From an uncultured delta proteobacterium (lineage in GTDB: Bacteria > Desulfobacterota > Binatia > UBA9968), in the NCBI GenBank assembly GCA_963745035.1, contig CAVUVW010000014.1, positions 864,001 through 928,000 on the forward strand: DNA of 64,000 bases, in the 5' to 3' direction. Position numbers and translations under genes: made by a program. The notes under the pieces were generated by a model. That model did not search any database. It worked only from the letters and a program-made list of their open reading frames with translations, and was not told the origin of the DNA. This document shows positions 29,727-39,798 of the stretch, in pieces (positions within the stretch are counted from its first letter, which is position 1; each line of letters opens with the position of its first letter).

Positions 29727-30401
29727 ATGGACGTGATCAAAGTCGTCATCGCAGACGACCATCTACTATTCCGGGAGGGGCTCAAACGAATCCTTTCGCT
29801 GGAGAAAGATATCCTGGTTATCGGCGAGGCGTCGTCGTTTGCCGAAGCGATTCAGATCAGCGCCAGGATGCGCCCCGACATTCTCCTTCTGGATCTAAAA
29901 ATGCCTGCGGGCGACGCGATCGAGTCGCTGCGCAAGATCACGGAAAAGAGTCCCGCTACCAAAGTCATCATTCTCACCGCCTATTCAGAGGAGCAGAGCG
30001 TCCTGAGCACGGCGCACGCCCACGCGCGAGCATATGTCCTGAAAGGGATATCCGTGCCGACGCTGCTGACGGCGATCCGCAAAGTAAACGGTGGCGAGAT
30101 CTGGGTCGACCCGGAGTTGCCCTCGGGAATGGACTTCTCGCGCATCGCGCGCAGCCTGCTGCTGGAAGTCGGCCCGCCGGCCAACGAGACGGTGCACGGA
30201 CTCACCAAGCGGGAGCTGGAGATCCTGCAACTTGTCGCCGAAGGTTTATCGAACGAAGAGATCGGCAGAAAAATTTTTATCAGCAGAAAAACCGTCAAGA
30301 CTCATCTGGCCAACATCTTCGACAAGCTTCAAGTCAACAATCGCTTCAAGGCCGCTCTCTGGATCATGCCCAACTGGAAAAAAACCGGCGCAGAGAAATG
30401 A
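29727..30401 (+). CDS. NarL/LuxR family response regulator
   Basis: IADDHLLFREG, LLDLKMP, LTKRELEILQLVAEGLSNEEI...TVKTHL. Confidence 0.95.
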   Translation: MDVIKVVIADDHLLFREGLKRILSLEKDILVIGEASSFAEAIQISARMRPDILLLDLKMPAGDAIESLRKITEKSPATKVIILTAYSEEQSVLSTAHAHARAYVLKGISVPTLLTAIRKVNGGEIWVDPELPSGMDFSRIARSLLLEVGPPANETVHGLTKRELEILQLVAEGLSNEEIGRKIFISRKTVKTHLANIFDKLQVNNRFKAALWIMPNWKKTGAEK

Positions 30402-30574
30402 TTGGCCGGAGCGCGTCAGCGCTGTGACGCCGGATACGCTCGGCCAACGATCCGGTAATTCGGGTTTCACCTTGCCAGCCTGTGACCTCAGCGGGTTTTG
30501 CAACGAGAATCGGCAAAATTTCCCCTTGACGCTGGAGATGCGACTCAGTAGCTTTGGCCGTGGATGGAGCGGTC

Positions 30575-31312
30575 ATGACTATTTCATCTCTTTTAGGGGC
30601 CGAGCTGGCACCGGCGGGGAGGCTGCGGGCTGGCATCAATTACGGCAATCCCGTGCTCGCGAGCCGGGATCCGGCGAGCGGCGAGCTTCGCGGCGTCGCG
30701 GTCGATCTGGCGCGCGAACTCGGGCGTCGCGTCGGGCTGCCGGTGGAGCTCGTCGCCTTCGACGCGGCGGGAAAGTTGTTCGAGGCGGTGAAAACCGGCG
30801 GATGGGATCTCGCGTTTCTCGCCATTGACTCGGAACGCGCTCAGGAGATCGATTTCACCGCGGCCTATGTGCTCATCGAAGGCACGTATCTGGTCCCGCC
30901 CGGCTCGCCGTTTCGCACCAACGAAGAAATCGATAGCGCAGGCGTGCGCATCGGCGTATCGGCCAACAGCGCGTATGATTTATTTCTAAGCCGCAGTATC
31001 AAGCATGCCGAGCTTGTGCGCGGCTCCGGCCCCGAATCCGCCTTCGAATTGATTCTCGAGGGCAAAGTTGACGTCGTCGCCGGGGTACGCCAGTCACTCA
31101 ACGCCAATGCGGTGAAGTTGCCCGGCTCGCAGGTCTTTGCCGGCCGATTCATGGCAATCGAGCAAGCCGTCGGCATACCCAAAGGTCGCGATCGAGCGAC
31201 AAAGTATTTGCGCGAGTTTGTCGAAGACGTGAAAGCATCTGGGTTTGTTGCCCAGGCGATCGAGCATGCGGGCGTGCGCGGCGTGGCGGTTGCGCCCGCC
31301 GCCGCGCCTTGA
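30575..31312 (+). CDS. ABC solute-binding protein (family 3-like)
   Basis: LAPAGRLRAGINYGNPVL, GVAVDLARELG, EDVKASGFV. No obvious signal peptide. Confidence 0.88.
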   Translation: MTISSLLGAELAPAGRLRAGINYGNPVLASRDPASGELRGVAVDLARELGRRVGLPVELVAFDAAGKLFEAVKTGGWDLAFLAIDSERAQEIDFTAAYVLIEGTYLVPPGSPFRTNEEIDSAGVRIGVSANSAYDLFLSRSIKHAELVRGSGPESAFELILEGKVDVVAGVRQSLNANAVKLPGSQVFAGRFMAIEQAVGIPKGRDRATKYLREFVEDVKASGFVAQAIEHAGVRGVAVAPAAAP

Positions 31313-31349
31313 GGTTGACTTGTCCGCCGAGCGAGAAAGAGGACATTGC

Positions 31350-32156
31350 ATGGATCCGAACACGACGGTTGAAATTCCCTACACGGTGGAGACCGGAGAG
31401 AACCTGGTCAACGAAACCTTTGGTCCGAATAACATCCGCCGCCGCAAGACCGGCGCCCATGAGCTCAAGCCGATGGCGGTGCGGAACGGCCGGTTGTTCG
31501 CCGATCAACTTTCCCTCGACCAGAACGGTTTTATCCTGGTCGAGCACAAGACCAAGGTGCGCGACTTCTTCGACGCCGGGGAGTTGGAATCCGTCTATTA
31601 TCCCGAGGTCGAGCAGCTGATAAAGTCGGCGTCAGGCGCGGCGCGGGTGGCGATCTTCGATCATACGTTGCGCTCGGGCGACGAGACGGAGCGTGAAGAA
31701 AAGCTGATTCGCGAGCCGGTGCTCTCGGCGCACAACGATTACACCGAGTGGTCGGGACCCAATCGAGTGCGTGAGTTTCTCCCAGAAGAAGCCGACAGTT
31801 TGCTCGCGCGCCGCTTCGCGATCATTCAAGTCTGGCGCGCGATCAACCAGCCGATTCAGTCGAATCCGCTGGCGCTGGCCGACGCGAAAAGCGTTGCGAT
31901 GGAAGATCTGCTCGTAGCCGAGCGCCGCTACCCGCACAGAGTCGGCCAAACCTACCGGCTGAAATACAACGCCAAGCACCAGTGGTATTATTTTCCTCAA
32001 ATGCGGCGGGATGAGGCTTTGGTTTTCAAGGTCTATGACTCGGCGAACGACGGACGAGCGCGTTTCACGCCGCACACGTCGTTTGAAGATCCCGCAACCC
32101 CGGACCACGCTCCGCGCCGGCAGAGCATCGAAGTCCGAGCATTCGCATTTTTTTGA
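31350..32156 (+). CDS. CmcJ/NvfI (AsaB-like) family oxidoreductase
   Basis: YYPEVE, FDHTLR, AHNDYT, VWRAI, PLALADA, FTPHTSF, RQSIEVR. Confidence 0.88.
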   Translation: MDPNTTVEIPYTVETGENLVNETFGPNNIRRRKTGAHELKPMAVRNGRLFADQLSLDQNGFILVEHKTKVRDFFDAGELESVYYPEVEQLIKSASGAARVAIFDHTLRSGDETEREEKLIREPVLSAHNDYTEWSGPNRVREFLPEEADSLLARRFAIIQVWRAINQPIQSNPLALADAKSVAMEDLLVAERRYPHRVGQTYRLKYNAKHQWYYFPQMRRDEALVFKVYDSANDGRARFTPHTSFEDPATPDHAPRRQSIEVRAFAFF

Positions 32157-32179
32157 CGAGAGCGGTGGCGGGAAAAAAA

Positions 32180-32216
32180 CAAGCTACGGGAAGAATGATC
32201 ATCTTCCCGTAGCTTG
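32180..32216. terminator. Hairpin between convergent genes (probable bidirectional terminator)
   Basis: CAAGCTACGGGAAGA...TCTTCCCGTAGCTTG, 15-bp stem preceded by an A-run. Confidence 0.75.
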
Positions 32217-32253
32217 CATTCGACAGCGAATAGACTATCTCAAATCCATTCGG

Positions 32254-32835
32254 TTACTGCACCGGCGCGCGCGGAGTAGGCGACGACGAAGAGCTTCCGC
32301 TTTTGCCGCTGCCGCCTTCAGTAGTGCCGCTGCGTTCGCGCTGGGGCAGCGATTTTCCGTCGTCCATCTTGACTCCCAACTTGTTAGCGGTTTTCTCGTC
32401 CAGTACGCCGGTCGCGGGAAGATCGTTGGCCTTTTGGAAGTCCCGGAGCGCTTGCTGAGTCTGCGTATCCATCTTGCCGTCCGTCCCCGGATTGTGGCCC
32501 TTCGCCTTGAGCGCTTCCTGGGCCTTTTTGATGTCGGCCGACGAGATTACCATATCCCGCTCGGTGCCGGCTCTCGGCTGCTGCATTCTTTCCGGGATCG
32601 TTCCCGGCTGGCCGGGAATCGGCTCGGTCTGCGGCAGGCCCGGCGACGGCGCCGGCTGCCCAGGGATAGTCGGCTGCGTGCGAGGTCCCGGCTGTGGTAC
32701 CGCCGGCCCCGGCTGGGTTGGTCCTCCCGGCATCGAAGTTCCGCCGGGTGAATTTTGCGCAAAGACCGATTGCGCCCCCAAGCCCATGCTCGCGGATAAC
32801 AAAGCCGCTGTCAGAACTTTTCTTTTCTGGTTCAT
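32254..32835 (-). CDS. Secreted Pro-rich peptidoglycan-binding domain protein
   Basis: Signal peptide, PGQP-rich linker, IKKAQEALKAKGHNPG.DGKM..T..ALRDFQ....LPATGVLD. Confidence 0.88.
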   Translation of the reverse strand: MNQKRKVLTAALLSASMGLGAQSVFAQNSPGGTSMPGGPTQPGPAVPQPGPRTQPTIPGQPAPSPGLPQTEPIPGQPGTIPERMQQPRAGTERDMVISSADIKKAQEALKAKGHNPGTDGKMDTQTQQALRDFQKANDLPATGVLDEKTANKLGVKMDDGKSLPQRERSGTTEGGSGKSGSSSSSPTPRAPVQ

Positions 32836-32889
32836 GAGTTTCCTCCTTCTTTATTTTGCAAAATCTACACGCCCCTGTTGCCTTTAACC

Positions 32890-32904
32890 GCAATCGATAT
32901 GCCA
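32890..32904 (-). promoter_or_regulatory. Sigma-54 promoter
   Basis: Minus strand TGGCATATCGATTGC, about 55 bp before the ATG. Confidence 0.75.
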
Positions 32905-33116
32905 GAATGCAAAACCGCGTAGGTCATTGAAAATTGGGAAGTTCGCGAGAGACCGAGAGAGTTTGTCGGGGCAACCCCGGAATGTTGCTGTCGGATTTCT
33001 TCAGACCGAAGTGTCGTCAAATACGGAGGAATTCACCGGCGTGATTTGCAAGAATGCGACAGGCGAAATTTCAGCCTGAAAGACAATCAACAATTCGAAG
33101 GGGAGATCGTCGGAGA

Positions 33117-34277
33117 TCAGATCGCAAAAAGCGCGCGCGCGTTATCGCGAAAGACTTTTTGCCAATCGTTTTTGGAAAGGCTTTCTTTGCTTTCCTCGAG
33201 CACTTTTTGCGAATCAGGCCATGTGCTCGCCGGGTGCGGATAGTCGGAGCCGAACATGATCTTATCTACGTCGAGCACGCTGCCGACCATTTTCACGCCC
33301 AGCGGATCGTCAACGAAGCTGATCCAGATCTGTCGGTGGAAGTATTCGCTCGGCGGCATTTTCGGCAGGCTGACCGGACCATCGCCCGTAAGCCTGCGGC
33401 CGTCGCGGGTGCGCTGGTACCAGATGTCCAGTCCCTGAATCATGCTCGGCACCCAGGCAAGCCCCGCTTCGGCCATCACGATTTTCACTCTCGGATGACG
33501 ATCGAGCATGCCGGAGAAGATAAGACCGGTCATCGGCTCCAAGAGTTGTATGCCCGGCGGCTCTTGCGCGAAGCGCGACGCGGTGGCGACGACAACATTC
33601 GCCGCGCCGCGATTTCCTTCGTCAAGGCGCGTCTTCTTGACGAGCACCGCGAGATGAAATCCGATGGGTATGCCGACTTCTTCCGCGAGCGCCCAGAACG
33701 GCTCCCAGGCTTCATCATAAACCGGCGGATTCGCGCGCGACGCGAGAATGTTGACGTGACGGAGCCCGCCGCGTTTGCTCAGGCGTTCGAGCTCGTCGCG
33801 CGCCGCTTGCGGATCTTCCATCGAGAGCTGCGCTACGCCGATCAATCGTTCCGGCTTGGCGGCGCAGAATTCCGCCAGCCAATCATTGTAGGCCTCATAA
33901 CAGCGCCGCCGCAGCTCCGCATCGATGATCGGCATCGGGTCGGTCGGACCGTACATGATCGACGCATCGGCGCCGTCGCGATCCATGTCGTTCAGACGCA
34001 GATCGGCGGTGGTGGGGCGAAGCTCGCCCGGGCGCATCACGCCGCCGCGCTCGATCGCCCACATGGCCCCGCTGCCTTGCGCCGCCGTGTAGTAGCCATG
34101 CGGGCTGAAGGTCTGTCCCTCCCAGGTCCAGAATTCGCCTTTCTCTGTTTCCACGACTCGCGGCCCGCGCGCGCGCAAGTTTGCGGGCAGACGCTCGATC
34201 CAGAGATCCTTGGGCAGCCAACGCAAATCGATATGATCGTCAGCGGAGACAAAGCGCGTTTGAATACTATTTGCCAT
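33117..34277 (-). CDS. Amidohydrolase family protein (amidohydro_2)
   Basis: SADDH, DMDRDG, AYNDWLAEFC, IGFHL, MFGSDYPH. Confidence 0.92.
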   Translation of the reverse strand: MANSIQTRFVSADDHIDLRWLPKDLWIERLPANLRARGPRVVETEKGEFWTWEGQTFSPHGYYTAAQGSGAMWAIERGGVMRPGELRPTTADLRLNDMDRDGADASIMYGPTDPMPIIDAELRRRCYEAYNDWLAEFCAAKPERLIGVAQLSMEDPQAARDELERLSKRGGLRHVNILASRANPPVYDEAWEPFWALAEEVGIPIGFHLAVLVKKTRLDEGNRGAANVVVATASRFAQEPPGIQLLEPMTGLIFSGMLDRHPRVKIVMAEAGLAWVPSMIQGLDIWYQRTRDGRRLTGDGPVSLPKMPPSEYFHRQIWISFVDDPLGVKMVGSVLDVDKIMFGSDYPHPASTWPDSQKVLEESKESLSKNDWQKVFRDNARALFAI

Positions 34278-35259
34278 AGACTTTCTCGATATAACCGCTC
34301 GCTTCGATTTCCTTCAATACCGAGTTGTCGATGAAGTCTCTTGCATCGGCGTCCTTGGCCTTGGGTAGATCTTTGGCGAGCACGTCCAGGGTATCTTTGA
34401 TTGCTTGAGTCGAAGGGTAGGGTCTCTTGAGAAAATACGGCCGCAAGTAAGCGTAGCTCTGGCGGAGAACGTCGCGGTCGGAAATGCGCGTGTGTTTGGC
34501 GAGCACGCGCAACGAAAACTCTTCGTCGGTGGTCAAGATCTTCGCGCCCTCGATCATGGCCATGAGAAATTGCTTCGCTTCCAACCGATTCGCCGCCAAC
34601 GCGCTCTTCTTGACGCCGAGGCCGGACGAGACATAGTCCACGCCCAGGGTCGACATGTCGAAGAGCATCTTGAAGCCGGCCTTCTGCGCGACGAACGATG
34701 AGGGCGGCGACAGTGTGCCGGCGTGCACAAGCTTCGCTCGCAGCGCCGCCACCGTTTCCGGCACGCCGCCGACGCCGCGAATCATCACGTCCTTGTCCGG
34801 AACGAGTCCGGCTTGGCTCAGCGCAAGCCGCGTCGCGAAATCGGTGCTGCCGCCGAGGCCGGAGACGCCGACGATTTTGCCTTTCAAGTCTTGGAGCGAA
34901 TTGATTTCCGGCGCGCTGTGCATGGTGAAAAGCAGCTTGTCGCTGAAGTTGGCGATCAAAACCGCGTCGGCGCCCGCCAAACCGGCGGCGGGCACGGTGC
35001 GGCTGGAAACACCCTGAGCGAACTGCACTGAGCCGCCGACGAGCGCTTGAATCGTCCGGGCTCCGGTGACGATGTAGCGCACTTCCATGTTGTGTTTTTT
35101 GAATGCGCCGGCGTCGATGGCGATGAACAACGGTCCTTGCAGCAAGGACACCGCCGGTACGGCGACGTTGATCAGCTTGAGCGGCTCCGCGGAAACTGCC
35201 GGCGTTGCCCACGCAAAGAGAAGAACAGCGATCAGAAAACACAGGCTCGAGCGCTTCAT
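34267..35259 (-). CDS. ABC solute-binding protein (NMT1/SsuA-like)
   Basis: Signal peptide, DLKGKIVGVS..GGSTD, FIDNSVL.EIE.SG tail. Confidence 0.9.
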   Translation of the reverse strand: MKRSSLCFLIAVLLFAWATPAVSAEPLKLINVAVPAVSLLQGPLFIAIDAGAFKKHNMEVRYIVTGARTIQALVGGSVQFAQGVSSRTVPAAGLAGADAVLIANFSDKLLFTMHSAPEINSLQDLKGKIVGVSGLGGSTDFATRLALSQAGLVPDKDVMIRGVGGVPETVAALRAKLVHAGTLSPPSSFVAQKAGFKMLFDMSTLGVDYVSSGLGVKKSALAANRLEAKQFLMAMIEGAKILTTDEEFSLRVLAKHTRISDRDVLRQSYAYLRPYFLKRPYPSTQAIKDTLDVLAKDLPKAKDADARDFIDNSVLKEIEASGYIEKVYGK

Positions 35260-35539
35260 CGGTTGCTCCGCGACTGTTGATCTATGCCCCGATTACTCCA
35301 AGAGCAGGAGAATGTCCAGTTGCACTCGATCAATGACAGATTGTTGACGTTTTGTTTCAGCCGTCTTGCCGAGGCATCGACAAAGGCGTATTTTCACCTC
35401 GCTGCCAGCTTTGTCCGACCCGCATGCCTTTCTTGGGCGAGTTAGTTGTGTCTTTTACATCGGAGGTATTTGTTTAGCTCCTATCCGTCTCATGTGAACG
35501 AATCCTTGCAAACAATCTAACCACCGAAAGGAGATCGAC

Positions 35540-36592
35540 ATGAAAAGGCGAAATCCTTGGGTAGTGTTGGTTCTTTCACTGCTCGTCATCTATTTCGGAG
35601 CTTCACGTGAGGCGGGAGCGCAAAGCGACCCTTTCTATAGAGGAAAAACGATTCGCATCTATGTCGGTTCGACGGCCGGCGGATTTTATGACCGATGGGC
35701 TCGGCTGTTTGCCCGATACATGGGTAAATATATTCCCGGCAATCCCGAGATCATCGCGCAGAACATGCCGGGCGCCGGCTCGGTCATCGCCGCCAATCAC
35801 GTCTTCAACGTGGGCAAGCCCGATGGGCTGAGCCTGGTCATGCCGCTCAACAGCGTCTACGTCGACCAGCTCGCCGGACGGAAAGAAGTGCAGTTCGATC
35901 TCAGAAAGTTTCACTGGATCGGCTCTCCCGCGGTGGAGTCGGTGATTTTTTACATGCGCGCCGACACGCCGTACAAGTCGATTGCGGATATCATCAAGGC
36001 GAAGGAGCCACCCAAATGCGGCGGCACCGGTACCGCGAGCAGCGATTACATTCTGTCGAAGATATTGGAAGAGTTCGTAGGAGCCAAATTCAACAGCGTG
36101 CTCGGCTACGCCGGCGGCACGGAGATCGATATCGCGGTGGAAAAGGGCGAGGTGGTATGCCGCGCGCACAGCACGTCGGCGCATTTCGGCCGCGAACCCT
36201 TCGATACCTGGCACAAGAAGGGCTTTGACCGCCATCTGGTGCAGACTTCACGCAAGCGTGATTCCCGCGCCGCCGACGTACCAACGACCCACGAGATCTT
36301 CGATCAATATAAAGTTTCAGCGAACAACCGCCGCGTCGCCAATATCGTCTTGGCCGCCGGAGATTTCGGCCGCCCGATGATGGCGACTCCCGGCACTCCC
36401 GCAGACCGCGTCAAGATCCTGCGCGATGCTTTTGTCAAAACTTTGAGCGATCCCGAAGCCGTTGCCGAAGCGAAAAAGTCCAGAATGGATATCGATCCGA
36501 CGTCGGGCGAGGAATTGGAATCGCTCGTCAAAGAGATTTTCGACGCTCCACCGGAGGTTGCCGAGCGGGTAAAGAAAATTTTCGCCAACTGA
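35540..36592 (+). CDS. Tripartite tricarboxylate transporter (Bug/TctC-like) solute-binding protein
   Basis: FYRGKTI..VGSTAGGFYD, IPGNP...QNMPGAGS, FGRP..A.PGTP.DRV. Confidence 0.9.
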   Translation: MKRRNPWVVLVLSLLVIYFGASREAGAQSDPFYRGKTIRIYVGSTAGGFYDRWARLFARYMGKYIPGNPEIIAQNMPGAGSVIAANHVFNVGKPDGLSLVMPLNSVYVDQLAGRKEVQFDLRKFHWIGSPAVESVIFYMRADTPYKSIADIIKAKEPPKCGGTGTASSDYILSKILEEFVGAKFNSVLGYAGGTEIDIAVEKGEVVCRAHSTSAHFGREPFDTWHKKGFDRHLVQTSRKRDSRAADVPTTHEIFDQYKVSANNRRVANIVLAAGDFGRPMMATPGTPADRVKILRDAFVKTLSDPEAVAEAKKSRMDIDPTSGEELESLVKEIFDAPPEVAERVKKIFAN

Positions 36593-36657
36593 CTACCCGT
36601 TCAGTTTCTTTGCCGAGACGCGCAATCTCGCGCCGCGCTCGACAACTTCGCAATCCG

Positions 36658-37182
36658 TCACCCGCACGTCCACAGCTGCGAGCTTTGCGCCGCGCCTTCG
36701 GGCGCATCCATCGGGATGCGGCTGCGCGCCAACGCCGCGGCGTCGAGCTCGCCGATGCCGGCGAAAGCGTCGGCGACTGCGTGCAGTCCCTGCGCGCTCC
36801 GCTGGTTCTGTGCCGCGATCATCGCTCGCACCAGTGTGGTACGCGTGGCGAAATAGTTATCGCGTGGCCTCTCGAGTTTTTTGAGACCGCAGGCTGCCGC
36901 GAGGATGCCGGTCCAATCGTCGGTCCACGAGGCGATGCGCGCGGTTTGGGAATAGAGACTCCGCGCGGAGTAGATGTCGCCGTTGCCCATTGCGGCTTCC
37001 GCCTCATTCAAGCGGTCTTGCCAGCGCGCGCTTGGCAGTTCTCTCGCTTCCCGCAACGATCCGAGGACGAGGAGTGCCAAGAGGCAGGCCAAGGAAGCGC
37101 TGGCCAATGCGGCCCGGCGGAGGAGTCCGGCGATCGCATAACTTGAGCATGCTCTCCCGGTAGCTGGCTCCAGAGAGTTCAT
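36658..37182 (-). CDS. Membrane-anchored helical hypothetical protein
   Basis: RBS AAGGAG, one TM segment, TPR-like helical body. Divergent from LysR. Confidence 0.6.
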   Translation of the reverse strand: MNSLEPATGRACSSYAIAGLLRRAALASASLACLLALLVLGSLREARELPSARWQDRLNEAEAAMGNGDIYSARSLYSQTARIASWTDDWTGILAAACGLKKLERPRDNYFATRTTLVRAMIAAQNQRSAQGLHAVADAFAGIGELDAAALARSRIPMDAPEGAAQSSQLWTCG

Positions 37183-37354
37183 ATTTCATTCTCCTTTACA
37201 GCGTATTATTCGGCGGCATGGCGGCGCGCTCAAATGGCTTGTTTTCATGGCTGTCATCTCATTTATGAATGAAGCGTCCGTTGCCGCGTTTCCCGCGCTT
37301 GGATAGAATCGCCGCCGGATACGAACCGATCAAATGTGAAAGGCGGAACGCACG

Positions 37355-38230
37355 ATGGATGCGTGGGATTTTCAAGTATTCGCCGCGGTCGCCAAAGAAG
37401 GCGGCATGACCAAAGCCGCCGACGCCCTACATACGGTGCAGTCCAACGTGACCAAGCGCATCCGGCTGCTCGAAGACGAGCTGGGCACGACGTTGTTTCA
37501 TCGCCGCAAAAAAGGAATTTCGCTCACCACGGCGGGCGAGCAGCTTTTGCCCTACGCGGAAAAGATTCATCAGCTTCTCATCGAGGCAAAAGGAGCCGTA
37601 ACCCAATCGTCGGCGCCGAAAGGGCCGCTGCGCATCGGCGCCATCGAAACGACGGTCGCGCTGCGTTTGGCGCCGGTGTTCACGCGTTACGGCAAACTTT
37701 ATCCCGAGGTCGATCTCTCGATCGCCACAGATACCACCGGCGCGTTGATCGCGGAGGTGCTCGACTACAATCTCGAAGGCGCCTTCGTCGCCGGCCCGGT
37801 CACTCATCCGCGGCTGACGAGCACGCCGGTTTTCGAGGAAGAGCTGGTGCTCTATGCTCCGGGCGACGTCAAGGATGTTTTTCAATTCATCCGAGCCAGA
37901 ACACCCAAGGTGCTGGTATTCCGCGGCGGCTGCTCCTATCGCGAGAAGCTCGAGAAACTCTTTTCTCAGTGGGGCATGGCGCAAGTCCGCTTCCTCGAAT
38001 TCAGCTCGCTCGATGGGATCTACGGCTGCGTTTCGGCGGGATTGGGCGTGACGCTCTTCCCCCGTGGGCTGAGCGAGCAGCGCCTGTGGAAGGCGCGCTG
38101 GGGCAAAACGATTTCAGTTCATCGCTTGCCGAAGAAAGACGCCATGGTGCCGACGGTTTTTATCCGGCACACCGATGCCTACGTTTCAGCGGCCATGGCG
38201 CGCTTGATCGAACTCCTGCCGAGCCATTGA
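37355..38230 (+). CDS. LysR family transcriptional regulator
   Basis: F.AVAKEGGMTKAADALHTVQSNVTKRIRLLEDELG. Confidence 0.93.
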   Translation: MDAWDFQVFAAVAKEGGMTKAADALHTVQSNVTKRIRLLEDELGTTLFHRRKKGISLTTAGEQLLPYAEKIHQLLIEAKGAVTQSSAPKGPLRIGAIETTVALRLAPVFTRYGKLYPEVDLSIATDTTGALIAEVLDYNLEGAFVAGPVTHPRLTSTPVFEEELVLYAPGDVKDVFQFIRARTPKVLVFRGGCSYREKLEKLFSQWGMAQVRFLEFSSLDGIYGCVSAGLGVTLFPRGLSEQRLWKARWGKTISVHRLPKKDAMVPTVFIRHTDAYVSAAMARLIELLPSH

Positions 38231-38297
38231 AACTAACGGCGCGCGAAGTTAACGCGTGTCGTGCCGGACTTGGCATCGGGGGTAGTTCGACAGCTTT

Positions 38298-39071
38298 TTA
38301 CGCGGTGTACGGCGGAATCTGCCGGTGAAACATGGCAAAAATATTTTCCCAATCTCGCGCCGTGCCGTGCTTGTCGTAGACATCGCGGTCCGGCAGCGAG
38401 TAGCCGTGCTCCGTGCCCGCGTGCACGTTGTGGCGATAGCGCACGTCGCACGGCTTTAAGAGCTGTCTCCAGCTCCTCACCATAGCAAGCGGCGCGTGCG
38501 AATCGCGCTCGGCAAAGCCGCAGTAGAACTCGCCGCGGAGGTTTTGCGCGAGCAAGTGCGGCGAGTCGCTTCGGTCGGAAATCAGCGTCGTTCCGTGTAA
38601 CGAGGCCGATGCGATGATGCGATCGGGATAGGTGCCGGCTGCGCCCATGACATAGCGCCCGCCCATGCAAAAGCCGACCGCGCCGACCCCGCCAGGGCGC
38701 ACGTCATTGTTATCGGCGAGAAAATTCAAAACGGCGCCCGTGTCGTCGAGCACCATCTTGTTCGTGAGTTTCGGTCGCGTTTCAATTTCTTTCGCCGCCT
38801 CCCCTTGGAGCCGGTTCATGGAAATGGTTTGATTGTCCGGATTTCTGAAGTTGTAGTGAATTCTCTTACCGGCGCGATAGTAAAGATCCGGAACCAAGCA
38901 GTAGTAGCCGACCGTGCCGACACGGCGGGCGATATCGTAGAGCTCTTCGCGCACACCCCAGATATCCATATAGATGATGACTGCCGGAAATGGGTCGCCT
39001 TCTTCCGGCCGTGTGACGAACGCCTCCATAACGCCTTCGGCGGTCTTGATCTCCACGAATTGTTCTCGCAT
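38298..39071 (-). CDS. Dienelactone hydrolase family protein
   Basis: YMDIWGVRE, PDLYYR, GFCMGG nucleophile motif, EHGY. Confidence 0.9.
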   Translation of the reverse strand: MREQFVEIKTAEGVMEAFVTRPEEGDPFPAVIIYMDIWGVREELYDIARRVGTVGYYCLVPDLYYRAGKRIHYNFRNPDNQTISMNRLQGEAAKEIETRPKLTNKMVLDDTGAVLNFLADNNDVRPGGVGAVGFCMGGRYVMGAAGTYPDRIIASASLHGTTLISDRSDSPHLLAQNLRGEFYCGFAERDSHAPLAMVRSWRQLLKPCDVRYRHNVHAGTEHGYSLPDRDVYDKHGTARDWENIFAMFHRQIPPYTA

Positions 39072-39144
39072 CTGTACCTCACTAAGACGCAGGGTCCAAT
39101 TCCCTGCCGCTTGTTTCGCGTTAAGCGGATCTTATTTCCGCGGT

Positions 39145-39177
39145 TGTCATTCCCGCACGTATTAAGCGGGAATCCAG
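39145..39177. repeat. Half copy of a REP/dRS3-like palindrome
   Basis: TGTCATTCCCGC-ACGTATTAA-GCGGGAATCCAG. Confidence 0.55.
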
Positions 39178-39338
39178 GCGAAATCAAATTGCATCTGCGC
39201 ATCCATCATACCGAGATCTGTGATTGACTCCGTCAAAGCTTTTCAGATAACTTTCCGAACGACGTACCGAGAAACCTCAAAGCATCGTCAGCCGCCCTAA
39301 TTTCTAATTCAAGTCATCAAGACAAGGAGGACAAAGCC

Positions 39339-39731
39339 ATGGCAAAGACAACGATGAATCCGGACGGGCTGCCGACGCCGCGCGGCAGCTACTCCCTGGT
39401 CAATATCGCTCAGCCCGGCCGGATGGTTTTTATCGCCGGGCAAACCGCTTCGGATCCCCAGGGCAATGTGGTAGGTGTCGCCGACGTGCGAGCGCAAACG
39501 CGCTACATCCTGGAAAAAATCAAACGAGCCGTCGAGGCCGCGGGCGGCACAATCAACGATGTGGTTGCGCTGAGCGTATTCACGACCGATGTGCGCTATC
39601 ACCGCGACATCAACGAAGTGAGACGCGAGTTTCTGGAAGCCAACTTCCCCACGAGCACGATGGTGCAGGTGGTCGCCCTCGCGCGGCCGGAGTTGTTGCT
39701 CGAAATCAATGCGACGGCCGTTATCCCTTAG
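39339..39731 (+). CDS. RidA family protein
   Basis: YS....FIAGQ, VRREF...FPTSTMVQVVALARPELLLEINATA. Confidence 0.92.
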   Translation: MAKTTMNPDGLPTPRGSYSLVNIAQPGRMVFIAGQTASDPQGNVVGVADVRAQTRYILEKIKRAVEAAGGTINDVVALSVFTTDVRYHRDINEVRREFLEANFPTSTMVQVVALARPELLLEINATAVIP

Positions 39732-39798
39732 ATGGCAGGAGTCTTGCGGCTCCTTGGCGCAGGCAAATGTTTCGCAGCTTCCGAGAAAGGAAAATGGC

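Noticed and set aside
33054-34334. Long antisense or alternate-frame ORFs (e.g. 33054-34334 +, 27032-28048 -, 34037-35242 -, 58231-59115 -)
   Set aside because: Shadows of real genes in GC-rich DNA; Arg/Ala-rich with no motifs.
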